A stretch of 64,000 nt of DNA from Trichosphaerium sp. ATCC 40318. Lineage: Eukaryota > Protista > Tubulinea. Shown piece by piece: positions 1 to 13,984 of the stretch. The position numbers and the translations under genes are program-made. Position 1 is the stretch's first letter, and the number at the start of each line of letters is the position of its first letter. The DNA is taken from NCBI GenBank assembly GCA_038496445.1, contig JALMLS010000387.1:1-64000 (forward strand), written 5' to 3'. The notes beneath the pieces are model-generated. The model did not search any database and was not told where the DNA came from. It saw only the letters and a program-made list of their open reading frames with translations.

Positions 1-1148
1 GTTGGGGAGATAGTATTTAGAGCATTGTAAATAACCTGATCCGCTAAACAAAATTGTAAGTTGCAATAGAGAACGAAATACAATACAGCTTAGTTGGCTT
101 TTCAGAAAAAACCAACCGTATTCAATTAAATTTGTAAGCATTTGTCGCATTACTGGCTCATCTCTCCATTGATCGCTAGAAAAAGCTCTCGCATCTCCTA
201 CAAGTACAACCCGTCCCTTACCTACACAATGTTTATTTGCATATGTCAGTAAATTGTTGTTGAACTATTTGGACTTTGTTTTTTGTACCCCATGTAACAT
301 CTACAATAGCTGGATCAATTTCGTCTTGCTTATAAGTTGCCACAACTCTTTTTTCAATTGTAGGAGCGTTTATGATAAAACTCACTGCTGAATAAGTACA
401 CTTATAAAACAACTTTATACCTTTTGTATCGAATACTGGGCTCCCCGCTAACCCGTCTACAATAGGATGTTGTGGATCTACAACGAACACCTGGGCTATG
501 ATTATTAATGATGTTAGTACAATTGTGTACCATATCACTATCTGTACATGAGCCGAACTCACATTGTTGAGGTGTTATTCCTAGGTTTCATTAGGATTCT
601 TAAGCCTACGACTATTCAAAGTTTACCTGGTATGGCACCACAATAACTATGATCAGGTTCATCGCACATCAAATACGCTACATGGCCTGCTGATACCCAT
701 TCTAGGATATCATCTTTCTCGTTACGTTCAGACATTGCGCCAGTAAACAAACGTCTTGATCCAGCAATGTGGAGGTATTGAACTCATCTACCACTTTGAT
801 CACGTGGTTAGCCATCTCTAAATGGAATATTAAGTATTGAGTTCAAAGCCCAAACGTACCAAGAGCTTCTCTAGCTTTAGCGTTGCCTCCACCACCAAAC
901 GACCACCAACTAGAAAAACCTGATGCATCTCTTTAACAATGTTAATACTATCTCTCAAGAACTAATGCTGTCGAAACATACACCTTACTACTCTACTTTT
1001 CTATTCTATTTGATCCGCACCTAGAACCAGCTGGAACCACTACATTTAGGCAACTTACTCGCTCATGGAGAACCCATATAATTACAAGCAGCGTTAGCAA
1101 TCTAAAATGCATAGAAAGGTACATTGTCGTTTTTGTATGGTATACCAT
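1..1148 (-). CDS. Secreted/surface protein, tandem paralog of the 1436-3268 gene (3' end runs off the window)
   Basis: ATG at 1148, MVYHTKTT...LLTLLVIIWVLHERVSCLNVVVPAGSR (signal-like). Exons such as DHVIKVVDEFNTSTLLDQDVCLLAQCLNVTRKDDILEWVSAGHVAYLMCDEPDHSYCGAIPG align with the neighbouring gene. Several short GT-AG introns. Confidence 0.7.
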
Positions 1149-1435
1149 TTTCTTCGCTACAATTCTGTATTAGATTCGTTTTTCTGTTGGCCCACAGTGG
1201 GTTGTTTGTGGGATGACACGTGCTTTGTGATCCGAAAAATAATATGATGATATAACTAAGTGAGTATACGCAAGTACCCACAGCGTTACGTTACGCTTGT
1301 GAAGCGGAAGATAATTGCAAAGTTCCAAAAACGTATTTTTATTTACATAAAGCAAGACTTTTCAGTTTGTTATTTCAATGTCAACCTCACGTGCGTGCGT
1401 CTGTAATAAGCAAAGTTAAATTAAAATTTCATTTC

Positions 1436-3268
1436 TTAAATTAAACGTACTGTCTTTGGCCTCTTGTAAGGCATAAAACGTGTTCTCAATGGCTACAAAG
1501 ATATCAATACATGACACGATTTGTTGATGATTAATATCGTACCTTGACATAGTACACCACTAAAGTGACTACAACAGCAATCAATATGACGACAATGACA
1601 ATAATCAAGATGCCCCACCATTGTAAACCGCCGCTGGATTGACTGCCTTGACAAACATCTTTTACAGAGAAAATGACAGATAATGTTGTTGGGCTGTATT
1701 CAGAGCTTGCTATTGTCACATCTTTACACGCATCGTCTGACAAAGTGTGAATTGTTGCGAACTCAGATGTCAAACAATTATACTCAAGGAAGTCTCGCTT
1801 TTCACCATCTTTGGGTGGATCATTAATCTTAATGCGAAGAATACCATCCTTAGTCTCAAGACACCCTTTAATTATGTCAGCAAAAAAAAAGTTACAATCA
1901 GATGCTCAAGTTCAAAAAGCGTACCAGAAACAGTGATGATGATATCATCGCTTACTGTCACTGTACTGTTTGTTATACTTAGGTTACCGGATATTTGTGT
2001 TGGTTCAACGATCAGAATATCTGATGTGATAGCCAGGCCTATCTATTAAAATGGTTTAGAAAACTAGTTAGTGTTGAATTTTACATGCGTTTTTAGGATC
2101 TCCTGTAGGAGCATCTGTAGGCACATCTGTAGGAGCGACTGTTGTTGTAGTATTAATGATTTCTTCAGCTAAAAGAAAGAATAAGAATATTGTTGCTTCT
2201 TTATTGATGGTACCATATTTCAGTACATTAGTAAGCATTTCTAGCATTTGCGGCTCATCGCTCATATGGCTATTTGTAAAAGCACTAGCATCTCCAATAA
2301 GTATAACCCTTCCTTTACCTAATGTATTGTTAATATGTTTGTAGCTTTGAGTAAAAATCTATACAGGTACTCACCCCATGCCACATCTACTATTGCCGGA
2401 TGTGCTAGATTACTTCTATAGGTAGCCACAACGGTACTTTCTCCTGGAAAATTTTGTATGTCGAACCTCACTGCTCAGTAAGTGTCTATGTTGTTAACTA
2501 AAGCTAAGTACCTCTATTACTTTCAAATTCAGGCGTAGCTGATAACCCAGCTACAATTTGATGTCGTGGGGTTGGAATAAACAACTAAGTTAAATTAATT
2601 ATGAATTTTATCAGTTTTTAGAAACTACTCAACCTGATTGTCCAAATTATAGCACGGTCCCCAAACACATGACGAGGGCGTTATTCCTATCTTTATTAGA
2701 CACCCCCTAAAACAATAACTACGAAAGTACCTGGTATGGCACCACAATAACTGTGATCAGGTTCACCACACATTAAATAAGCAACATGGCCTGCTGAGAC
2801 CCATTCAAGGATATCATCTTGCTCGTTGAGTTGAGACAAAGCGCCAGTAAATAAAACATCTTGATCCTGTAATGTGGAGGTATTAAAGCTATCTACCACG
2901 TTAATCACGTGGCTGTCATTGGCTTAATAATTATTTTAGATTATAAACGTGTTATTTCTTCTACATACCAATTACTGTTCTAGCGTCACTAAAATCCGGA
3001 CCACCAAAAGAATATCGAAAAGAAAGGCGAGCGTCCCTTCGAGAAGGTAAACAAAACAAGTTTGGTTTTGAGAAATGGAGAATTTCGTAATTTACGGAAT
3101 AATGTTTTCTCAAATTGAGGCGTACCTAAATGCAGCAGGAACCACTACATTAAGGCAATTCACTTGCGTGCGGAATAACGACATGAATAAAAGCATGGAT
3201 AGAAGTTTAAAATACACGGAAAGTTCCAATGTCTTCCTTTTCGCTCGGAAGAGCGTGTGCGATACCAT
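1436..3268 (-). CDS. Type-I membrane protein: N-terminal alpha/beta domain, PT-rich linker, Cys-containing juxtamembrane domain, one TM helix
   Basis: Spliced from ORFs 3110-3415, 2696-2908, 2068-2265 and 1531-1773. Contains a GKGRVILIGDASAF motif (DUF4350/GIFT-like resemblance, inference), a TTTTVAPTDVPTDAPT linker, TM WWGILIIVIVVILIAVVVTLVVYYV and a last exon PLRTRFMPYKR... Confidence 0.75.
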
Positions 3269-4551
3269 TTTGATTGTTTCTAAAGTTTTTCGTTTTAGCC
3301 CATAATAGACATTAAAAGATATACTGTAGTACCTCTTTTTAGTCTTTGCGTGTATCGTTTCGTCTTTATGTATGCTATACGTAGTTTGGAGGAAATTTCT
3401 GACAGATTGAGTCACGTGTTTGTGATATTATTATTTTATTTAACGTCAACGATTTTCCTTTCCGAAAATCTACGTTCTACGACACTACAAGAGTATTACT
3501 CTGAACTTCAAGACGCAGCCAGGTTATTACAAGCGACTGATAACAAGATGAAGCAAAAAAAGGAAAAAGAACAAAAAGAGCGAGAGGACCCAGAGAGAAG
3601 TCTTATCAATGTTTGTTGTAATTTATTTGGAAACACTTAACAGTTTGGTAGCTAAGCGATAGTAGAAATTAATGAAAAACAAGATATGATGCAGATGTAG
3701 TAATGTACTATAGCAATAAGTAGTTGAGCATATGTAACAAGCTTAGCACTGCAGAAGCCGGACGAAAAAGCAACGTGATTTCCTCTGAGAGTGAAAACCA
3801 ACAAAAATTCTGAAAGGTTCTTTAGGCGAATTGTTATCTATCAAGTCATATTTTTCGCTATCCAATATGATACAACATTCCCTTGGCACTAATATTTTTA
3901 CTTTGTTCACAATTTTGAACGGACACAACCACTTTTTTTTCTAAGTGAACAAAATAAAACAATGTTTTTCAAGAAACACGATACCAACTCACCCGTCGCT
4001 TTAATGGCCTATTGTGTAATTGGCAAAGACATTCACATAAGGCTTTTCGTAGTCCGACCTTGTGCTACAAATCTCTATAATTTATTGGAGCAATTGCGCA
4101 GGGGTTCACTTGGGACGTAGATTTTTTCCGTTCCGCCGAATCGGAAGCGAACAATTTTTGGCCTAACATAAAGACAAATCATTAGTGGGCACTTAACCTT
4201 TCAACAACTACATGCTCTTTTTGAACTGCATGTTGAAGCAGTTAATTGCTTTACTAAAGTCAAGAGAACTTGTCACGTTTCTTTGCTTCTGTTTTGAAAC
4301 GACAGCTCGTCATGCAGTCATGTCAGACAGCTCTTTTTTTTATAAACCTATAGATAAAAGACAATATCAAGACCCAGGTAGCGATTATTAACACAAACTT
4401 AATAATAAAGTGCTACTCTTGTTACAATAATTGTTGGTTTATTTACAAACATACATACAAACACATGCGAATGGTGGAAAATTTCTCTTTTTGTTTTTTT
4501 TTTTTTCTTTGAATGAATTTTTTTAAAATACAGCTGTTCACGTGTCCAAGT

Positions 4552-5193
4552 TTAAAATTCCCTTGTTTTTACCTTGCGTACGTGGATACGAAAATTCTTT
4601 GAGATGGATCTTCTACCTCCACTGAAGGAAGAAAAGGATGAAGCAAGAGAAGATCGCAATTTAGATTTTGTTCTCTTCAATTTTCGTCTTGTTGGCGACC
4701 TTGATCTTGTTTTATGTGCTTGGTCTTTTGGAGATCTTGTTCTAATACCACATTGATCTGGAGAACAGTCTTTTTTAAGAAATACGTCAATAACTTGTGA
4801 TAACTTGAGTTCAGAGGCAATTTGTTTCGCGGTTTTTCCATCTTCGTTCAACAAAGAAGCGTTCGCTCCAGCATCCAGTAAAAGTCTTACAATCCTCGGA
4901 TTACCTATCTTACACGCCATATGAAGTGCTGTCCCTTGTGGTCCCATATCATCGACGCAGTCAGGGTTCGTTGGAAGTGTTTTTTGAAGAAAGTTTTTTA
5001 AACAGTTTGAGCTTGATGAATCTCCAATACATTTAACAACAACGTGAAGGTCGCTGTATCCAGAAGACTTTAAATCAATATATTCATTTTCTGTTATTCT
5101 AAACTGTACAAGCCATCGCGGTATCTTTGTAGGTCTTGTCAGTTTCCAACCTGCTCTTGGCGTACCAAACGAGAATGTGTTACTTGAAGACAT
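4552..5193 (-). CDS. Ankyrin-repeat protein with basic Ser/Arg-rich tail
   Basis: GTALHMACKIGNPRIVRLLLDAGANASLLNEDGKTAKQIA is an ankyrin consensus. Likely start MSSSNTF at 5193; intronless. Confidence 0.85.
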   Translation of the reverse strand: MSSSNTFSFGTPRAGWKLTRPTKIPRWLVQFRITENEYIDLKSSGYSDLHVVVKCIGDSSSSNCLKNFLQKTLPTNPDCVDDMGPQGTALHMACKIGNPRIVRLLLDAGANASLLNEDGKTAKQIASELKLSQVIDVFLKKDCSPDQCGIRTRSPKDQAHKTRSRSPTRRKLKRTKSKLRSSLASSFSSFSGGRRSISKNFRIHVRKVKTREF

Positions 5194-5402
5194 TGCTAAA
5201 AAAAACGAAGTGAGCCAACAATTTTTTTTTGTTTTTTTTGATTGACAAAAGACGCGATTAGAAATCACGTGTGGATACAAAAACGATAGTATAAATACAG
5301 GACTGTTGGATAAGCGCATAGTTACAGCGCTAAACGAGTATCCAAGCCAGGTGTATTCAAAATTTTTTTGCTTTTTTTTTTTGGCTTTTTTTCAAAAAAA
5401 AG

Positions 5403-6120
5403 TTACGAAATGGGTTTGACCTTCCCACATGTTCCAACAGATGGACATTAGAGAATTTTGAAGAGAAGTATAATAGTATCATGATAACTAACGAATTGAA
5501 AAAAATTGTGTACCTGCTTCATAGTTTTGATATTCCGAACTTCTTTTGAACTCTGTCCAAACTGAATCGTAAATAGTATCAACAATGTATGCTTTCAAAT
5601 CTGATAAACTATCTATACGCTAAACGTAGAATCATGTCAGTACGTTTTTGTTTCTACCAAAACAATCAAAAATATACAACGCTCAAAAAAAACACGATCA
5701 CGTGTGTCGAAAAGGCGCCATAGTCAAAAAAATTGCGCGAAGCGATGAAGCCTAAAATAATCCGAAACTTTTTCCGTTGTGTACCTTGGGAACTTCGCTC
5801 GTAAAGCTTTTAAACAACAGCCTGTCGGCTGGTGTGAGACTCGCGGAAGAATTCCATAGCTGCAGTATGTGACGGTTCTCTTCCGTGCGCTCACAAAACA
5901 ACGAAAGAGCTTCATAATACGGTGTAAATGTTAATGCGAACATTATTTCTCGCTTTTCTTCTTCTTCGCTTGAATGTTTGTAAAACTCCTTTATTCTCCC
6001 AAGTTGCTTCGCCGCTTTATAATAACATGTTAAGAGTGTATTTACATCACATTGGGTACCTTTTGGTGCCGCTTTAACCCATGAATTTGATCGACGTCTT
6101 CTTCTTGGTTGTAAAGTCAT
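5403..6120 (-). CDS. Hypothetical protein, possibly RGS-like domain
   Basis: ORF 5752-6120 (YEALSLFCERTEENRHILQLW) plus a downstream exon at about 5515-5620 (DLKAYIVDTIYDSVWTEFKRSSEYQNY) resemble RGS helices. Exon joins and 3' end are uncertain. Confidence 0.4.
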
Positions 6121-6522
6121 AGTGATACTATTTACGAGCGTCTGAGAGACTTTTATTGTGTTTTTGTGACGTGTTGCTTAAGTTTTAGTTGTAGAGAAAA
6201 CTGTGAACGCACTGAACTTTTCTTGTTTCTTGAGAACAATCAATCAAAACTTTCACGAACCAAAGCGAGTGCCGGGGAAATGTTTTAAACGATCATAAAA
6301 AAAAATGAAGACTTTGTCACTCACTGTGGGGCGCTTGTGTGATCGCTGTGTACCATTATTTTTCTTAGTTGTAGCGGTGGCTAGCGTTTACTTGATATAA
6401 TACTTTTGAAAACGAAATCACGTGCCCGACAAAATGACTTGGGTACTGCAGTAGTTGGAACCTTTTTTTTTATTTTTATGTTAAAATTGACGATAACTAC
6501 ATAACTTACAAACACTCTATGA

Positions 6523-7344
6523 TCACTCCATAGACTCATCATTGTCAGTAGCAGAAATATTCGAATAAAGTTCTCTCCTTTTCTCTTGTATTTCTAAAAG
6601 CGTTGCTTTTGATTTTTCGCCGTCTTTTCTTTGCTCTTCATCTGTTTTTTGTGGTACCACAGGTTCATCAGAATCAGAAAATGGAGAACTGGGAGAAAAA
6701 GGACTTCCAGGCATATAATTGGGAGAGCTTGGAGTGTACTCTGGGGAACTAGGATAGCCTGGGGAAGTACGAGTGTAAACTGGGGAACTAGGGCGATAAT
6801 ATGGAGGGGAAGAGACTGGAGAAGTAGCGGCGTAGTTTGGAGTGTAACCAGGCGAAGAAGGAGGAGAATAAAGATCACGCCTTTGTTTGAAATCAATCAG
6901 TACAATTTGTTAAAAGTGAAAAAAGTTATCACGTACCCTAACCTCTCTTGCCTTTCCCTTATTATTCTCAGCCTATCTGCTCTACTAAAGGACGTTCTAC
7001 CAAACCTGGATCTTCTGCGAGGAGGAGATAGACGGTTACGACGGCGTCTGGGATGTATTAATAGATCATCTCTAGGAAGTGGAACTACAAAACGTCTTCC
7101 TCTTCTCCCGTAGATAGATTCTTCTCGAGTTGGAGAATCTGGAACACTTCGTGGCGTTGGTGGTCTATCAGGAGCGCCCATGGAAGGCTCATTATTGAGA
7201 GCGACATCACAAATATGCCCGAAGAGGTGCTTGATATTCGGTACTATTTAAGAGCGTAAGAAACAGCGAATGAAGTGAGGAACAGCTAAAAAAGTTGATT
7301 GAAAACAACGCATAAGTTTTGTGCGTTTTTAACGTACTAGACAT
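6523..7344 (-). CDS. Small Arg-rich protein with YxPxSP (Pol II CTD-like) repeats
   Basis: ATGTCTA|gtacg intron, then [29 protein letters not shown]...[15 protein letters not shown], a second intron, then [16 protein letters not shown]...[40 protein letters not shown] and a charged helical C-terminus. Splices keep the frame. Confidence 0.75.
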
Positions 7345-7699
7345 TCCCTGGTTGTTCAAATCTATCATTACTCGCGCTATCATGTATACTTCTTCTTCTT
7401 TTATGTTGTTTTCGCTCATGCTGCCACAATGAGAAATCAAATAAAATACAAAATACCGTACTTAACCAAAAACATCTGTTAAGTTACTTTCCTTTTTTTT
7501 CGTGGTTGACTTGTTTTGTCCATATCAATCAAACTGTCGCGTATGTTGTGATGTTGTCGTAATTGTATTTAAACATAACGCTTATTATATTGGTAGCAAA
7601 AACGGAGTTTTACGTTCTTCACAAATGCACAATATTTCCTCACTTAGAGAAAAAAAAAAAAAAGTCCAAACACTTGAAGCCACAGTTCCGTAAATTACC

Positions 7700-8781
7700 A
7701 TGGGATCAAAAAACAAGGCTCCTCAAATACTAACGATGATCGTTATGGGTGCAGGAGGCGTAGGTATGATTCATAAAACGTTATTTTTAAACATCAAGTG
7801 CTAACGTTTTTAAAAAAAAGGTAAATCTGCATTAACAATACAGATGACAAGCTCGCGCTTCGTTGTAGAATACGGCAAGTACTCCCTAACACAGTTTATT
7901 TTAAACATCTTAAAACCTTTAAACAAATAATTGAGAGCATAATTAATACCATTTATGTATTCCCACGTGCCCCGAACCGTTTTTAAGGCGTTTATTTTTG
8001 TTTCTAATTTTTTTTTCTTATAGATCCAACAATCGAAAACAACTACAGAAAGCAAGTCACAGTAGATGGTGCGCCTTGCTTACTCGAGATTATCGACACT
8101 GCAGGCCAAGAAGAGTATGCAGTGATGCGATACCAATACGTAAAACAAGGCAAAGGATTCTTACTTGTATACGTAAGCTTAATAGAGCTCTTAGATCTTT
8201 TCTCTTAGTTTTTTTTCTGAAGCAAAGAAAAAAAAAACCGAAATTCTTTCCACCAAAACCTTTACTATAACAACCTCATTCCACACGTGGATAATACGCG
8301 TGATGTAATGTGACGTTATATATTAATCTTCACGAAGGAAAAAAAAAGATATTTATTTCACGCCAAACACTTCCAAACCCCCAACATTTTCAATTAAAAT
8401 ATCACGTGATTCCTAAAAAAATACTGTCTTTAGGATATGACCCGACTTTCTTCCTTCAAAGAAATAGAAGTCATACGAGATATGATAGACCGTGCTAAGG
8501 ATGGTGAGAAAGTAGCAACAGTTCTTGTAGGAAATAAATGCGATTTGGCTGATGAGCGTGAGGTTGCAATGGAGGAAGCGAAGGATTACGCTGACGAACA
8601 CGGAATGAAGTTTTTCGAGACAAGCGCAAAGAATAGAGTAAATGTTGACGAGTCGTTCTTTGAAGTCGCCAGAGAAATGCGTAAACTATTTGGTAATCCT
8701 TCACCAGCAAAAAGAGGAAGGCGTTCATCCATTGCTAAACAAATGAAAAAAATCCAACACGCCGACTGCATTCTGTTGTAA
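7700..8781 (+). CDS. Ras-family small GTPase
   Basis: [34 protein letters not shown] and C-terminal CILL (CaaX). Three introns; the second (7875-8023) needs a GC donor. Confidence 0.95.
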
Positions 8782-8993
8782 AAAAAAAAAACCCAAGGAA
8801 GTATCAAGTACGGATGTAAAATAAAAACCTTTTATAACACTGCCAATTAAATACTACGCCACCGCAATATATTACACCTAAGGACGTTTATGTAAAAGCG
8901 TGTAGCTTTGGTAAGTACTATACATTGAGCTACATGCTTTTCAATCGCTGTTTATGGAAAACTAGTTGTTACAGAAGAAACAAATCGAGTTGT

Positions 8994-10196
8994 TTATAAT
9001 TCCTTTAATACTTCTTTTGCAGTTTGTATACCATGTAATACAGCTCCTTGCATCAATCCTGTCTCTCTTCTTGAGAACTCTGTTCCAGCAAAGTGTACAT
9101 GTCCGTGTTTGACACCTGCTTCAGCAACATAATGTGGATGTTGAAAGCAAGGTGTTTTATCTAGTGTTGTCCACTCATCATCGTACCAACTATACCACGT
9201 GACATCCTTCGGTTTACTAGCTTCTACACCAAGCAACTTTGTGAGTTGTTCTACAACACTCTTTACTACATCTTCACGTTTTGTTGAGCCGCATCTCATC
9301 TCCAACGAAAGCGGAACGAACCCGCAAACTGCATTCATCTCTTTATCTTTAGTACAACTATCATATATCTGACTTATAGGTCCATCAGGTAATCCTAAAT
9401 ACAACGACTTAGAGAACATGTTTTGTTACAAAATAGTATCGCTGTTACCTATTTCTTTTAGTGTTCCTGCTTCTCTCCAGAATGCGGTCTTGTATTGTAC
9501 GATAACCTTCGAGAAATTAGACATCCAAGTTGGTTGCTTCTTTATCGCAGAAGCCTGAACAAGCGGTAACGGTGGCTTATTTTCTATGGCCAACACGTGT
9601 TGTGGAGGTACAGCCATTATAACTTTTTTACACTTCATTTTTTGAATTCCATTTTTAGATTTCCACGTGACTGTAACATCTTTTTCTGTTTGATCAATAG
9701 ATGTTACAACACTGCTTAGAAGTACATCTGCAGCGAGTTGAAACTTTTCTACAATAGCCTTGCATATCGATACAGCACCGCCAACGTATCTCACTCGTGA
9801 GTCATAAGCGCCAAACTGAGGGTACGCAGTTACACCTAGACCCTTATAGGAGGCAGTCAGAACGTTTTACGCCATTGAGGGGCATTGTAAGCGCACCTCT
9901 GCGAAACTAGCTAGTTGCGTGTGATAATTCTTCCAACACCACGCTGCACCTACGTCTACGCGAAGAGGGTTATTGAGAGAGGTTTGGGTGATGTTTAAAG
10001 AAAAGAGGAGAATTTCCAGGTTTTTGGCGTTAAGCGTACCAACACCATGTATGGTATGTACTCTACCTCCTATTCTTCCTCTAGCTTCTAGTATAAGAAC
10101 ATTTAACGCATTTCTCTCCTTTTTCAGTGTGTAAGCTGCAGATAGCCCTGATAGCCCTGCACCAATAATAACAACATCCACATCTGTTTTTTCCAT
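8994..10196 (-). CDS. Flavin-containing amine oxidase (MAO family)
   Basis: [18 protein letters not shown] motif, [19 protein letters not shown] and C-terminal [19 protein letters not shown]. Three introns. Confidence 0.92.
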
Positions 10197-10392
10197 TATT
10201 GTACGCTGTTTTTGTAGCTCTGTAAGCAGTAATTCGCTAAAAACAGTCAGCCATTAAGTCAAGCAGGCATGACTTATTCGCTTGAAAAGGAAACCTTCCC
10301 ACGGGTTCACATACAAAAGAGATCACCTCTTTGACGCTGGCTACGGCGTTTGTACTTCAATATTGTTACAAGGAGAATACTTTGATTTAATG

Positions 10393-11114
10393 TCATGGTG
10401 TAAGTTTATTAACATCATAAACGAAGCCGTGATACAAGCATGTTGAAGTCCAACACAGTTTGAGTAAAATATATAATCGTAGAGTCATAAGGTTCTCAAA
10501 GAATCCAACCGCCTCTCCAAAAAATGCTGTGTGAAATGTAATAAGCCCAGAAAGCGCCATAGCTATACCTGACGCTTGGAAAGCAAGCTAAAGAGGCGTC
10601 AGTCAAGATTTTCTGTAAAGTTGAGGAACAGCTTGAGTTTTGCGTCAAAATACTCTCGAATGAGTTCAGTATCGTTAAAGAGTGCGTAAGAACGCTTTTT
10701 CGCTTCTAAGTTTAACGTATTGATGAAAACGTACCTGTCGTATTGTTTTATCTTTTGAATACGCGCCCTTGTAGCTTAAATATCCTAAAGCACAGTCTGC
10801 TGCGCTGTTATTCTAAGGTTTAACGTTAAAATCACTCAAAGGTACATAAAACTGTCAAACATACGCGTAATATCATTGTACATATTGTATTTAACCCTAA
10901 ACGATGGTTTTAACGAGTACTGTCAAGCAAAATCAAAAAACGAATTGAACTTACGCCAATCTGGTATAGAAAGCCACGATAGTACCTGCCTAGAGCGATA
11001 AAACTCTAATAAAGCAAGTGAACCGTATACTATGCTGTTTACAGTCAGTAATACGCCTACTGGGTCTTTCTTCTTTTCAGCCTTTGTTTCCTTTATATCT
11101 TCCTTCTCTGCCAT
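10393..11114 (-). CDS. Small multi-pass membrane protein, hypothetical
   Basis: MAEKEDIKETK...VGVLLTVNSIVYGSLALL first exon; last exon GIAMALSGLITFHTAFF...LYILLKLCWTSTCLYHGFVYDVNKLTP*. Internal exons uncertain. Confidence 0.55.
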
Positions 11115-11859
11115 TAGCTCTTGCTTTTTATACAAAAATCCAAACAAAAACCAGTACTTTATTGGTCAATATTCATTTCAAGCTTCCTACCGAGAACCTT
11201 CGTTCGCAAACATTGTAAGCACGTGATTAAAACGACAAGCACAAAAAGTGTAGTCACGTGATGACAATAACCTGGGCAACAACCGACCAAATTATTTACC
11301 AGGAAGTCTAGCTTACAGCTACGCCAAAAGGCGGTCAAGACCACTTCCCTACCGTCCAAAAATTGAGCGCATTAACTTCATCATTGTAGAAGTAGTAGAA
11401 CGGCTGTTGCATCATCTGTTGATCGTATTTCAAACCCTCCAGTAGTTGATATACGATCAAAAGATTATCCAAAATCTTGTGAGCGTTCACACAACAAAAT
11501 CAAAAAAGAAAAAGAGGCACAGTTGACAGTACTGAATAAAGAAATAAACCTCTCACGTGACAAGCGTTATAAAATTACTTGAACCAGTCATGTGCGTACT
11601 AACTAGAGAATCATAGAATATCAGTTACAATGTACAACTGCAGTACATGACTGCATTGAATCCCCTTCAATAAACTTGGATAATAATAAAATGTGTAACT
11701 TTTAGTCCAACATTAATGTGTTAGTTTCTTGCCATCGTATTAGATACCATCTTGTGCGAATATGATAGTACTTGTGAAAAACTGTGTAACGTTGGTCTAG
11801 CCAGCGTTCAAACCTGGAATTCGAATACAAACCTATCAACTAAAGCATAAAAATACATT

Positions 11860-12820
11860 GACAACACGTGACGCAATCTTTCAAAAAAATTCATCATCAA
11901 ACGATACATAGTGTACATAAAGACTAAAACAAGGTAATCCAGTATATCTTGGTATGCCTTATTAGAAATGAACAACTTTAGAAATACGAAAAGCAAAATG
12001 GTATCGCACACGCTATTCCATAATGTAATGGAATATGGTACATCAAAAGAACCAACTACAGCAATATTCTTATACTTTTCTTAGCTGACGAAGTCAGCAA
12101 TGCTGCTGCAACAGGTACTCCTACAGCTGTTCCTACAGAGTCTCCTACAGATAGTCTCACGGCCACACCTACAGTAGATCCTAAAAACGTATGTAAAATT
12201 CAACACTAATTAGTTTCTAAACCATTTAAATAGATAGGCCTGGCTATCACATCAGATATTCTGATCGTTGAACCAACAAGTATATCCGGTAATCTTAGTA
12301 TAACAAACAGTACAGTGACAGTAAGCGATGATATCATGGTACGATTTTTAAATTTCTGGCACTAGTTTGTAGCATCTTTTTGCCTACATTTGTACAGGGT
12401 GCCTTGAGATCAATGACAGTATTCTTCGTATCAAGATTAATGAACCACCCAAAGATGGTGAAAAGCGAGACTTTATGGAGTATAATTGTTTGACATCTGA
12501 GTTCTCAGAGATCCAGACTGTATCAGACGATAGCTGCAAAGATGTGACAATAGCAAGCTCTGAATAGCCCAACAACATTATCTGTCATTTTCTCTGTAAA
12601 AGATGTTTGTCAAGACAATCAATCCAGCGGAAGTATACAATGGTGGATCATCTTGATTATTGTCATTTGTGTACTATCTATCACTTTCGTAGTCATACTA
12701 GTGGTGTACTTTGTCAAGGTACAGAAAAAAATTGATACTATTTATTAAGTATGGAAGTCTTTGTTCTTATTTTTTGCTTGTAGCCATTGAGAACACGTGT
12801 CATGCCTTTCGAGAGGAAAA
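11860..12820 (+). pseudogene. Inverted, internally deleted copy of the 1436-3268 surface-protein gene
   Basis: Shares the upstream region and start (aaaatggtatcgcacacgct at about 11995), then jumps to the linker/C-terminal exons (ataggcctggctatcacatcagatattctgatcg...). Premature TAG at about 12566. Confidence 0.85.
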
Positions 12821-13984
12821 AAAAAGTTGTTCACTAAAGGTTTTCAATTTCTTATTGTTTATTTAGAGGCAAGTGCACATGGTCAATACATTGTAATGAG
12901 GTGCCCAGTAGTTTAGGGTTTCGTTGTTTAGTTAAATGCAATGAATTGTGATCTTTAGTTTATGGTTTTGTGGGGTTTTTTTGAACTCAATGCAATCTAT
13001 GAGTCGTAATTGACCTTTCCGCAACAATAGAATAAACTAGTGCATTGGATTTGCTATCTCCTTGCTATCTAACAAACATTAATTTCTTTTTAAGCAGGGA
13101 ATAGCCGTTGCCCACCTTCAACAACAAATGCACATCATTATTTCTATAGTGAATGGTAAAACAAACCAATTTACAACACTGAGACTTGAATGGCAGGTTT
13201 CTAAGCTGTAACAGATGTCTCATTGACGCCACTCAAAGAGTACATACTATTTAGATTGCTATCACTACTTACTTATCTCGTTTTTCCACATGCAATTGAT
13301 TTTCTAAAATGTAGTTTTTCTTTCACACGAGAGGCTTGTTTGTACGTACTGGTTAACATATTAGAAGTTGATCAGTATTATTGATATCATAATTTTCAAG
13401 TAGTCATTACATAACCTACACCTTCTTCCCCCAACATAGCTTTACTGCTTTGAAAGAAAAAGCCTTTCGATAGATAATTGTGGCAGATTTTATGTTGTTC
13501 ATCTTAAATTCATATTAAATGAATAATCCGTGTAGTTGTTAGCTTCGAATCTCACTGTTATCATTGTTACCATGTACAACTTCGTATAGTAGTATTTGAA
13601 TCATAACTCCTTTTCAGTAAACGTGGACAATAAATTGTCCGAATGTCCAATCCAAAGTTAAACACGTGACTTTATGGTGTATCTCGTCCGAACGCTGGTA
13701 TGTTCTAGCATTTTTAGCGTTTCAAGAGTTTGATGAAACTAATATCAGCCAACCCTATTACATATCTATTCTAGAGCGTTATGGGGACAAAAAATTCTAT
13801 GATGGTCAACAGAAAATGTAGAACGAAAATTGCGAGTCAACTTATCATTTTAAAGGTGAGCACCAGAAACCACTGTACGTCATATTGCATAGTTGTATTA
13901 TTATTCAAAGTCGTAACAACAATACCATTCGATTATTAACAGATTAGTAATTATCTCAAGTCTACATTCATCATAATACAAGCA

